From the NCBI GenBank assembly GCA_963828775.1, contig CAWHGX010000001.1, positions 47,415-111,414 of the forward strand: a stretch of 64,000 nt of DNA, given 5' to 3'. The notes under the pieces are model-generated. The model searched no databases and had not been told where the DNA came from. It saw only the letters and a program-made list of their open reading frames with translations. Below are positions 39,343-47,674 of the stretch, piece after piece. The stretch's first letter is position 1; each line of letters starts with the position of its first letter. Position numbers and translations under genes: made by a program. Source of the stretch: an uncultured Bacteroidales bacterium (GTDB taxonomy: Bacteria > Bacteroidota > Bacteroidia > Bacteroidales > VadinHA17).

Positions 39343-39390
39343 TTTTCAAACACGTTTTATTATTTGATTTTCAATATTTTATATTCGTCT

Positions 39391-39727
39391 TCAATAACTT
39401 AATATACAGTTAGTATACAATTTGTATTCTTCATTTCTGCAAATATAACCACATTTTATTTTTAAAATTAAGATAGGGATTTTGATGTTTGATAAATTCG
39501 CACGTCCTCCGGCTTCTCGTGGGATCGGTTTGGGAATGTTTCCTTGTTCGTCAAGGAAATGTTGTATGTCAGAAATGTACATAATCAAAAGGGATGAATC
39601 CCAAAGCAAGCTCTGGACTCTATAACGGTACAAGCACTTGTGATGTCATCATTACCGATGGTTTTAATCAGCGAACCATTGTCATCACATAATTCAACTT
39701 TACCCCCAATAATTCTTACTGTTTTCA
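39391..39727 (-). other. two overlapping small minus-strand ORFs, uncharacterised (possibly one frameshifted small gene)
   Basis: MKTVRIIGGKVELCDDNGSLIKTIGNDDITSA... (from ATG 39727, stop about 39584) and ORF 39391-39633 (...ISDIQHFLDEQGNIPKPIPREA...). No family recognised. Confidence 0.2.
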
Positions 39728-39826
39728 TGGTTCATAATCATGGAAACAGTTGGTTTGTGACGAATTTATTAAAGTAAAATAACCTTTGTTACTATAAACC
39801 ATCATTAATAATTCAACAACATATCC

Positions 39827-40759
39827 TCATTCTTTTATTAATTGCATTATCTCTTCAAGTTTCGGTGAAAGGATTATTTCAGTCCTTCGGTTCTTGGCTC
39901 TTCCTTCGGTTGTTTCATTATCTGCTTTAGGAAAAAATTCTCCCTTACCAGATGCTGTCATACGAGTAGAGGCAATTTTGTAATCGAGGGATAGTATCCG
40001 AACAATTGAGGTCGCTCTCGCCACACTTAAATCCCAATTGTCTTTATATACGGCAGTTTTTATCGGGACATTATCAGTATGTCCTTCCACAAGTATATCT
40101 ATATCAGTATTTTTATTCAGGACTTCGGCTAACAGTTTTAGTGCTTCTTTCCCTTTTTCTTCAACTGCAGAACTTCCTGATTTAAAAAGAAGTTTATCGG
40201 ACATAGAAACATATACCTTACCATTTTTAATTTCCACAGATAACTCATCGGAATTAAATCCCAGCAAAGCATTACGTAAAATGCTATTCAGGCGTTTCGT
40301 GATAGAATCTTGCCTCTGAATAATCAGTTGCATTTCTTCAAGTGCCTTCTCTCTTTCTGAAAGTAATTTTTCTTTATTATTTAACTCATCCGATTTTGCA
40401 CTTAAGGCTTTGTTGAATTGGTCGGTTTGAGATAAGTTCTCATCTATTAAATTCTTGTACTTATCTTGTAACTCTTTATTGCTAATTGTCAAATTGTTAT
40501 ACTTATCAGTAAGGTCTTTGTTAGCATTTGTCAGGTCAGAAATATTATTTTTCAATCCGGTGTTTTCTTTTTCTTTATCAGCCAGACTGATACATAAAAA
40601 ATCTCTTTCCCGAACGACAGTTTTCAGATTTTTGCTCCAGGTTATTGGCACTTTTACTGGTCTTAATTCCCCGCATCTATGAACAGGAGCACAGGAATCT
40701 AAAATTACCAGCAGAGTTAATGGGAATATCAGAAAGTGTGACTTTTTCATTTGTTTCAA
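39827..40759 (-). CDS. OmpA/MotB-family lipoprotein with coiled-coil region
   Basis: Lipobox LVILDSC, an Asn/Lys/Leu-rich coiled coil, and an OmpA_C-like domain (ILVEGHTDNVP, NWDLSVARATSIV, NRRTEIILSP). Confidence 0.8.
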   Translation of the reverse strand: MKQMKKSHFLIFPLTLLVILDSCAPVHRCGELRPVKVPITWSKNLKTVVRERDFLCISLADKEKENTGLKNNISDLTNANKDLTDKYNNLTISNKELQDKYKNLIDENLSQTDQFNKALSAKSDELNNKEKLLSEREKALEEMQLIIQRQDSITKRLNSILRNALLGFNSDELSVEIKNGKVYVSMSDKLLFKSGSSAVEEKGKEALKLLAEVLNKNTDIDILVEGHTDNVPIKTAVYKDNWDLSVARATSIVRILSLDYKIASTRMTASGKGEFFPKADNETTEGRAKNRRTEIILSPKLEEIMQLIKE

Positions 40760-40876
40760 TTTTAAGTTTTACAGTTATAATGAAACTATTTATTTCTCTT
40801 TTTATTATTTCTTCTGAATTAATACCCAAGTTTGACCTATTCTTAGTTGTGTTACTTTGAGTGATGATTTAAAAAA

Positions 40877-40898
40877 ATGCCCGTCAAATTACGGGCAT
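40877..40898 (-). terminator. orphan intrinsic terminator (minus strand)
   Basis: ATGCCCGT-CAAATT-ACGGGCAT is preceded on the plus strand by A7, which gives a T7 tail on the minus strand. No annotated minus-strand gene ends here. Confidence 0.5.
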
Positions 40899-41130
40899 TT
40901 GAAATAAAGTATTAAAAAGAAATTGAAAAAAATGTTCATTTAAGCATAAGTCGGCAATTCCCAATATTACAATTGACAGTACTGATTGGCGAAACTGACT
41001 ATTTCTTGAGCCGTGAAAGAAGTAAAGAAGACTGTACCAAGCACATTTCAGGAATAGTCAATGACCTTAAGAAACTTAATTTACTCATTAACAATCTTTT
41101 AGCCTCCGCGATTTCTCTGTGTTAAAAGCT

Positions 41131-41192
41131 GATTTGTGTTAATAATAATTATTCCCGATTAATCAGAAAACGGCTCAAACTTCGTAAATTTA
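41131..41192 (+). repeat. 62-bp direct repeat, copy B (upstream of bcp)
   Basis: GATTTGTGTTAATAATAATTATTCCCGATTAATCAGAAAACGGCTCAAACTTCGTAAATTTA. Confidence 0.9.
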
Positions 41193-41217
41193 CCCTTAAT
41201 TTCAAAATTTATGCCAA

Positions 41218-41680
41218 ATGACACAAATAAAAGAGGGGATGAGAGCCCCATTATTCGAAGGTTTTGATCAAAATGGAAGAACAGATAAAACTAAGCGATT
41301 TTAAGGGGAAAAAAGTAGTTCTATATTTTTATCCTAAAGACAATACGCCGGGATGTACGGCTGAGGCATGCAATCTCCGCGACAACTATGATGTATTGTT
41401 AAAAAATGGATTTGCAGTGATAGGTGTTAGCATGGATAGTGAAAAATCGCATCAGGGATTTGCCTCAAAATACTCACTCCCTTTTCCTCTTATTGCCGAC
41501 ACATCAAAGAAAATACTTAATGATTACGGAGTATACCGTGAAAAGAAATTGTATGGCAGGAGTTTTCTTGGAATTGTAAGGACAACATTTATTATTGACG
41601 AAAAGGGCATAATAGAAAAGATTATTTCAAAAGTCGACACTAAAAATCACTCAGAACAGATATTTAAAATGTACCAATAA
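41218..41680 (+). pseudogene. bcp: thioredoxin-dependent thiol peroxidase (Bcp-type peroxiredoxin), N-terminal frameshift
   Basis: ATG 41218 gives MTQIKEGMRAPLFEGFDQNG, and the frame changes near 41275. ORF 41264-41680 carries KLSDFKGKKVVLYFYPKDNTPGCTAEAC. Confidence 0.8.
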
Positions 41681-41692
41681 AAAACCAATAAT

Positions 41693-42700
41693 ATGAGTAA
41701 CGAAAGAAAAGAAATTAACAAGGAAAAGCTGAAAGCGCTTGAAGTAACCCTTGGTAAAATTGAGAAGGACTTTGGCAAGGGCACCATTATGAAGCTGGGT
41801 GATCATGCCATCGAAAATATCCAGGTTATTTCATCAGGTTCGATCGGCCTTGATGCCGCCCTTGGGATCGGAGGATTTCCAAGAGGACGTGTTATCGAGA
41901 TCTACGGTCCCGAAGCATCCGGCAAAACGACACTGGCAATTCATGCAATTGCAGAAGCTCAGAAGAATGGTGGCATTGCAGCTATTATTGATGCAGAACA
42001 CACATTTGACAGGAATTATGCTGAAAAACTGGGAGTTGACGTCGAAAATCTTCTGATCTCGCAACCTGACAATGGTGAACAGGCTCTTGAAATAACTGAT
42101 AATCTTATCAGATCAGGCGCTCTTGATATCGTTGTTATAGATTCGGTGGCCGCACTTACACCAAAAGCTGAAATCGAAGGAGAAATGGGAGATTCAAAAA
42201 TGGGTCTGCAGGCAAGGCTAATGTCGCAGGCTCTCAGGAAACTTACTGCAAATATCAGTAAAACAAATACTTCGTGTGTATTTATTAACCAGCTCAGGGA
42301 TAAGATCGGTGTAATGTTCGGTAATCCCGAAACAACTACCGGAGGTAATGCATTGAAATTCTATGCTTCAGTCAGGGTTGATATCCGCAGGACAAGTCAG
42401 CTTAAAGAAGGTGAAGAGATTATTGGAAACCGTACCCGCGTGAAAATTGTAAAGAATAAGCTTGCACCCCCATTTAAAAAAGCTGATTTTGATATCCTTT
42501 ATGGAGAGGGAATATCCCAGCTTGGTGAGATTGTTGACCTCGGCGTAGATTTTGACATCATAAAGAAAAGCGGCTCATGGTTCAGTTATGGAGACACAAA
42601 GCTCGGACAGGGGCGTGACGCTGTCAAGCAAATAATAAAAGACAATCCCGAATTATACGATGAACTGAAAGCAAAAGTCTCAGAAGCGCTTAAGAAATAA
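41693..42700 (+). CDS. recA: recombinase RecA
   Basis: Walker [28 protein letters not shown], and the L2 region [26 protein letters not shown]. Confidence 0.97.
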   Translation: MSNERKEINKEKLKALEVTLGKIEKDFGKGTIMKLGDHAIENIQVISSGSIGLDAALGIGGFPRGRVIEIYGPEASGKTTLAIHAIAEAQKNGGIAAIIDAEHTFDRNYAEKLGVDVENLLISQPDNGEQALEITDNLIRSGALDIVVIDSVAALTPKAEIEGEMGDSKMGLQARLMSQALRKLTANISKTNTSCVFINQLRDKIGVMFGNPETTTGGNALKFYASVRVDIRRTSQLKEGEEIIGNRTRVKIVKNKLAPPFKKADFDILYGEGISQLGEIVDLGVDFDIIKKSGSWFSYGDTKLGQGRDAVKQIIKDNPELYDELKAKVSEALKK

Positions 42701-42727
42701 TAATCTGTTTTTACATAAATATCTGAT

Positions 42728-44788
42728 ATGAAAAGGTCTCTTTATCTGTGGATGATAGTTATCCTTATTGCTGTTTCCTGCAAGCAAAAAACAACACCTG
42801 CGGTTACTGAAACGGAGCCTGAATTTAACAATCAGCTTACGGAAGCAGAAAAAAGCGGCGGAGTTATGACTCCGGAAATAATGTGGAAATTCGGACGCCT
42901 CGGGTCAATTGCCCTTTCACCCGACGGATCATCGGTTTTATATACTGTAACTCAGTATGACCTGCTGACCGAAGCAAGGAAAACAAATATTTTTAAAGTT
43001 TCCCGTGACGGAGGCGATCCTGTTCAGCTTACTCATACCGGAGGTAGTTCACCCCAATGGTTTGATAACGGTAAAAAGATAGCCTTCATCAGTGGAGGAG
43101 ATCTTATGACGATGAATCCTGACGGATCAGAACAGAAAAAAGTAACCGGCATTTCGGGATTTGAAATATTCAGTATCTCTCCGGGGGGAAATAAAATCTA
43201 TTTTACAAAAAGGGTCAAACTTGATCAGACCGCAAACGAAAAACACAATCTGCCCAGGGCAAAAGTCAGAATTATTAATGACCTGATGTACAGGCATTGG
43301 AATTCATGGAGCGATTATTCATACAGCCATATCTTTATTGCCTCATTCAACGGATCATCAGTATCGGATGAAAAAGATATAATGTTGGATCAGAAATTTG
43401 AAGCACCTACTGCTACAAATTATGATGAACGTGAAATCTCGTGGAGTCCTGATGGAAAATTTATTGCTTATACATCCAAGAGGTTAAGTGGAATTGAAGA
43501 TGCAAGAAGCACCAATTCTGATATCTTTCTTTATGAACTTGCATCAGGCAGAGAGCTGAACATTTCTGATGGCAATAACGGTTACGACAGATATCCTGTT
43601 TTCTCGCCCGACGGTTCAAAAATAGCTTTCCAGAGTATGGAGCGAAACGGCTATGAAGCTGATCTCGACCGTCTCTTTATTTATAATACAAAGGATAAAA
43701 CCCGTACCTGGTTATCGAAAGGTTGGCAATTTGATGTTGCTGATCTGGCCTGGGCCGATGATCAGAATATTTATTTCACCTGTTCCTATCTGGGCACTAC
43801 CCAGATATTCAGGACTAATGTTACTGTCAAAAATATTGATAAAGTAACTGAAGGAGTCCACAATATGGGGCCGGTCAGTCTCCAGTCAGGAGTACTTGTT
43901 TCAGGAATTACCTCCATGTCAATGGCTCCCGAGATCTCAAATGTGGATACAAAGACCGGAGAGATCCGGCAGATCACCTTTATCAACAAGACTATTTATG
44001 AATCGATCAGAATGGGAAAGGTTGAGGAGAAGTACATCAGGACCCGGGACAACAAGGATCTGCAGATGTGGATTGTTTTTCCTCCCGATTTTGATCCTCA
44101 GAAAAAGTATCCCGCTCTTCTTTTCTGCAACGGAGGGCCCCAGTCCACACTCGATCAGTTCTGGTCGTACCGCTGGAACTTACAGATGATGGCAGCCAAA
44201 GGATATATTGTTTTTGCCCCGAACCGGCGTGGTGTTGCTGGTTTCGGGCAGGCATGGAAGGAACAGATCTCGGGCGATTACGGCGGCGCCAATATGCGCG
44301 ACTATCTTGATGCCACCGACTCAATGGCCCGGGAACCGTACGTTGATGCAGGCAGGCTTGGGGCAGTGGGTGCCAGCTACGGAGGTTACTCGGTATATTA
44401 CCTTGCAGGGATCCATGGCGGACGATTCAAGGCATTTATTTCACATTGCGGTATGTTCAATTTTACCAGCTGGTATGGTTCAACCGAAGAGCTATGGTTC
44501 CCGAACAAAGATATTGAAGGACCCTACTGGAATAATCCCAAAAGCTACAGCTATTCACCACATCTGCTGGTCGAGAACTGGGATACACCAATTCTTATTA
44601 TTGTTGGAGCAAACGACTTCAGGATACCTTATACCCAGAGCATGGAAGCTTTCCAGGCGGCTCAGATTCTCAACATTCCAAGCAGAATGCTTTTCTTTGA
44701 AGATGAAACTCATTTCGTTCTGAAACCACAGAATGCTCTGATCTGGCAGAGGGAGTTTTTCGAGTGGCTGGATACGTATTTAAAGTAA
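42728..44788 (+). CDS. S9 family serine peptidase (beta-propeller plus prolyl-oligopeptidase-type hydrolase)
   Basis: Lipoprotein-like signal (ILIAVSCKQK), PD40-like N-terminal repeats (SPDGSSV, SPDGKFIAY, SPDGSKIAF), the nucleophile motif GASYGGY, and a C-terminal D...H region. Confidence 0.8.
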   Translation: MKRSLYLWMIVILIAVSCKQKTTPAVTETEPEFNNQLTEAEKSGGVMTPEIMWKFGRLGSIALSPDGSSVLYTVTQYDLLTEARKTNIFKVSRDGGDPVQLTHTGGSSPQWFDNGKKIAFISGGDLMTMNPDGSEQKKVTGISGFEIFSISPGGNKIYFTKRVKLDQTANEKHNLPRAKVRIINDLMYRHWNSWSDYSYSHIFIASFNGSSVSDEKDIMLDQKFEAPTATNYDEREISWSPDGKFIAYTSKRLSGIEDARSTNSDIFLYELASGRELNISDGNNGYDRYPVFSPDGSKIAFQSMERNGYEADLDRLFIYNTKDKTRTWLSKGWQFDVADLAWADDQNIYFTCSYLGTTQIFRTNVTVKNIDKVTEGVHNMGPVSLQSGVLVSGITSMSMAPEISNVDTKTGEIRQITFINKTIYESIRMGKVEEKYIRTRDNKDLQMWIVFPPDFDPQKKYPALLFCNGGPQSTLDQFWSYRWNLQMMAAKGYIVFAPNRRGVAGFGQAWKEQISGDYGGANMRDYLDATDSMAREPYVDAGRLGAVGASYGGYSVYYLAGIHGGRFKAFISHCGMFNFTSWYGSTEELWFPNKDIEGPYWNNPKSYSYSPHLLVENWDTPILIIVGANDFRIPYTQSMEAFQAAQILNIPSRMLFFEDETHFVLKPQNALIWQREFFEWLDTYLK

Positions 44789-44790
44789 TA

Positions 44791-44873
44791 CCTCATCCCA
44801 CCCCTTCTCCCAGGAGAGGGGGAGTCAATATAACATTAAGCCCCTCCCTCCTGGGGGAGGGGATGGGGAGAGG
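44791..44873. repeat. two inverted copies of the GC-rich CCCCTCC..GGAGGGG..GGGG element; bidirectional terminator candidate
   Basis: CCTCATCCCACCCCTTCTCCCAGGAGAGGGGGAG (44791-44824) and CCCCTCCCTCCTGGGGGAGGGGATGGGGAGAGG (44841-44873), between the convergent stops of the S9 peptidase and miaA. Confidence 0.7.
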
Positions 44874-45788
44874 TCAATACTCATTCTGCTCCACTTTCTC
44901 GTCCAGCGGCAATTCACCGTCTATCCAGTGTATCTTTATGCCCTTTCGTTCCATGCCCCGGAACCATGTCATCTGCCGTTTTGCAAACCGATGAATTGCT
45001 GTTTCGAGCATCCTGTACATTTCAGAATATGAAAGCTCTCCGGTAATATAAAGCGTAATATACTTGTATTCAAGGCCATAATATATTAATGTCTCAGGAT
45101 CGAATCCCTGGTTCAATAATGCCTTTACCTCATCCACCATACCCTCATTAAGTCGTTGCTTTAATCTTTCAGTGATCCGTTCCCTCCTCTTCTCGCGGCT
45201 GTATAACACCCCTGTAATAAGGGATTTTATTTCCGGGAATTTTGTATATCCTTCCTTTACGGCAGTTCTGTAGCGTTCAATCTCAATAGCACGTATTGCT
45301 CTTTTCTTTGTGTCAACGTCAGTCTTGTTATGCAACTTCTTATATGCCGACAGGATCTCTGTCAGTTCTGCCAGGGATTTATCCTCAAGAAAGGCTCTGT
45401 AAGCCGGATCAGGAGGGACTTCTGACATTTTGTATCCCGATACCACCGAATCGATATACATGCCTGAACCGCCACAAACGATCGGGAATATGTTCCGTGA
45501 TCTCAAATCATACAAAACCTTTTCGAAGTCGCGCTGAAACTCAAAAACATTATACTTGTATCCGGGATCTGCAATATCAATCAAATGATAAGGGATCTGT
45601 TTCCCGCCGACCAGGTAATCGCTGTAGTCTTTCCCGGTTCCCAGGTTCATTTTCCGGTAAACCTGACGGGAATCGGCACTTATGATTTCCCCCTCCAGCT
45701 TCAGAGCCAGAGCGGCAGCCAGGGAAGTCTTGCCCGAAGCTGTCGGGCCTGTAACCACGAGCAGATCATAATTTAAATACTTCTTCAC
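44874..45788 (-). CDS. miaA: tRNA dimethylallyltransferase MiaA
   Basis: P-loop GPTASGKTSLA, ISADSRQVYR, PYHLID, GGSGMY. Confidence 0.9.
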   Translation of the reverse strand: MKKYLNYDLLVVTGPTASGKTSLAAALALKLEGEIISADSRQVYRKMNLGTGKDYSDYLVGGKQIPYHLIDIADPGYKYNVFEFQRDFEKVLYDLRSRNIFPIVCGGSGMYIDSVVSGYKMSEVPPDPAYRAFLEDKSLAELTEILSAYKKLHNKTDVDTKKRAIRAIEIERYRTAVKEGYTKFPEIKSLITGVLYSREKRRERITERLKQRLNEGMVDEVKALLNQGFDPETLIYYGLEYKYITLYITGELSYSEMYRMLETAIHRFAKRQMTWFRGMERKGIKIHWIDGELPLDEKVEQNEY

Positions 45789-45840
45789 ATCAATCTCCTG
45801 AATGATACGAGCGGGAAAACCAAATTACCATAAATTTATT

Positions 45841-45848
45841 TAATTTTG
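45841..45848 (+). promoter_or_regulatory. TAnnTTTG -7-type promoter box (TAATTTTG)
   Basis: Lies 22 nt upstream of the ATG at 45870. Confidence 0.35.
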
Positions 45849-45869
45849 CGGCACTAAATCTGGTCAATA

Positions 45870-46451
45870 ATGAATTTTAGGTTTCTCGTTCACAGTGTGA
45901 AGAACATAATTTTAAATCCCATGAAAGAATGGGAGGCTGTTATTAATGAGAACAAGCCTGTTAAATACATAAACAGGAATCTTCTCCTTCCTCTGATAAT
46001 CATTACGGCTTTTTCTGCATTTCTCGGATCATATTTGTTTGCCAATACCGAGCTGTCAAAAGGATTTTCTGTATTGACAGGTGTGAAGTATTTCATATTG
46101 ATCTGCCTTGTGATCTGCGGCACAGCGTTCATTTTAAAAGAAATCGCCAATTTATTCAACCCTGGCATGGATTTCGGGATGTCGTTTAAAATAATCGCGT
46201 ATTCCTCTGTCCCTTTTCTTATTTGTCAGATTGTTAGCCGGATATTTGAATCTTTTATTTTCATTAATGTGCTTGCCCTCTTTGGTCTTTATATTTTCTG
46301 GACAGGCATTGAAAAGATGTTAAATCCATCTGAAAAAAATAAACTGCTCCTCATGATAGCAGCAACACTGACCTTCATCGCTTTGTTCTTTGCTTCAGAC
46401 TGGCTTCTGACATTGATACTTGACAAATTTTACTTTGCATTTTTTGCTTAA
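45870..46451 (+). CDS. Yip1-like integral membrane protein
   Basis: 193 aa with five hydrophobic segments and an N-terminal NPMKEWEAVINE pattern as in Yip1/DUF1282-type proteins. Family assignment is tentative. Confidence 0.55.
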   Translation: MNFRFLVHSVKNIILNPMKEWEAVINENKPVKYINRNLLLPLIIITAFSAFLGSYLFANTELSKGFSVLTGVKYFILICLVICGTAFILKEIANLFNPGMDFGMSFKIIAYSSVPFLICQIVSRIFESFIFINVLALFGLYIFWTGIEKMLNPSEKNKLLLMIAATLTFIALFFASDWLLTLILDKFYFAFFA

Positions 46452-46460
46452 GACACTAAG

Positions 46461-46916
46461 ATGAGGGCTGCCTCAGACATTATAATAAGAAATAAAAAGG
46501 CCTCGCATGATTATGAGTTCCTTGAGAAATATACTGCTGGTATAAAGCTCACCGGAACAGAGATAAAATCTATCCGGGCCGGTAAGGCAACGCTTACCGA
46601 TTCATTTTGCCTTTTCAGAGACGGAGAGTTGTTTATCAAGGGTATGCATATTTCAGAATACTGGTGGGGAAACCTGAACAATCATGACCCTTTAAGGGAG
46701 CGGAAACTGTTGCTGAAAGCCCGCGAGCTGAGGAAGATAGAAAGAAAGGTTAAAGAGTCAGGGCTGACTGTCATTGTTATACGGGTATTCATAAATGAAA
46801 GAGGCCTGGCTAAAGCCGAAATTGCTGTTTCAAAGGGTAAAAAAGAATATGACAAGCGTGAAACGCTCAAACGAAAAGATACCGAAAGGGAACTCGACCG
46901 TCTGAGAAAGAGGTAG
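46461..46916 (+). CDS. smpB: SsrA-binding protein SmpB
   Basis: [36 protein letters not shown], and a basic C-terminal tail. 151 aa. Confidence 0.92.
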   Translation: MRAASDIIIRNKKASHDYEFLEKYTAGIKLTGTEIKSIRAGKATLTDSFCLFRDGELFIKGMHISEYWWGNLNNHDPLRERKLLLKARELRKIERKVKESGLTVIVIRVFINERGLAKAEIAVSKGKKEYDKRETLKRKDTERELDRLRKR

Positions 46917-46923
46917 CCACTAA

Positions 46924-47640
46924 CTAAAAGTTGGGGCTCAGGAGATATCTTGAGTAGAACTCAACAATACTATCTACAGCTTCTGCTGAGGTGTCAACAA
47001 CGGTGAAGATGTTAAGATCATCCGGTGAAATATTCTGCTCTTCGCAGAGCATCACCTCATTGATCCACTTAAGCAATCCGCTCCAGTATTTTATTCCCAC
47101 CAGGATAATGGGGAATTTTCCGATTTTCCTTGTCTGGATCAGAGTAATAGCTTCAAAGAGTTCATCGAAAGTTCCAAAACCTCCGGGCAGCACTATAAAG
47201 CCCTGGGCATATTTCATAAACATTACCTTTCTTACAAAAAAATGATCGAAGGTAATAAGCTTGTCAGAATCAATATAAGTATTCGGACGTTGTTCAAAAG
47301 GAAGGTCAATATTAATACCGACCGATTTACCGTTGCCCCGTTTTGCCCCTTTGTTCGCTGCTTCCATTATCCCGGGTCCGCCACCCGTTATCACTCCGTA
47401 CCCGTTCTGTGTAAGCTTAAAAGCTATATCCTCAGCCATCCGGTAGTATTTATCATTGTAATGTGTTCTTGCGGAGCCGAAAATAGAGACGCATGGGCCG
47501 ATACGGGCAAGCTTTTCAAATCCTTCAACCAGTTCGGAAATGATTTTGAACACTCTCCACGAATCGGTTATATGTATCTCCTGCCATGTTTTTTGTTCAA
47601 AAGCATCCTTGATAAGATCATCCGGCTTCTCCGTCTTCAT
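46924..47640 (-). CDS. LOG family / TIGR00730 Rossmann-fold nucleotide-binding protein
   Basis: VSIFGSAR, GGGPGIMEAANKGA, PGGFGTFDELFE. Start moved to MKTEKPDD (ATG 47640). Confidence 0.8.
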   Translation of the reverse strand: MKTEKPDDLIKDAFEQKTWQEIHITDSWRVFKIISELVEGFEKLARIGPCVSIFGSARTHYNDKYYRMAEDIAFKLTQNGYGVITGGGPGIMEAANKGAKRGNGKSVGINIDLPFEQRPNTYIDSDKLITFDHFFVRKVMFMKYAQGFIVLPGGFGTFDELFEAITLIQTRKIGKFPIILVGIKYWSGLLKWINEVMLCEEQNISPDDLNIFTVVDTSAEAVDSIVEFYSRYLLSPNF

Positions 47641-47674
47641 CACATTAATATTTATTTTCAAATATAAGTAAATT

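Noticed and set aside
44208-44723. 171-aa alternative-frame ORF inside the S9 peptidase gene
   Set aside because: It is on the same strand, overlapping the catalytic domain (GASYGGY) of a well-supported gene, and its translation has no family features.
44764-44994. 76-aa ORF reading through the GC-rich inverted elements (PSPRRGGVN...GEGMGRG)
   Set aside because: This is translation of the repeat element, and it overlaps the miaA 3' end on the opposite strand.
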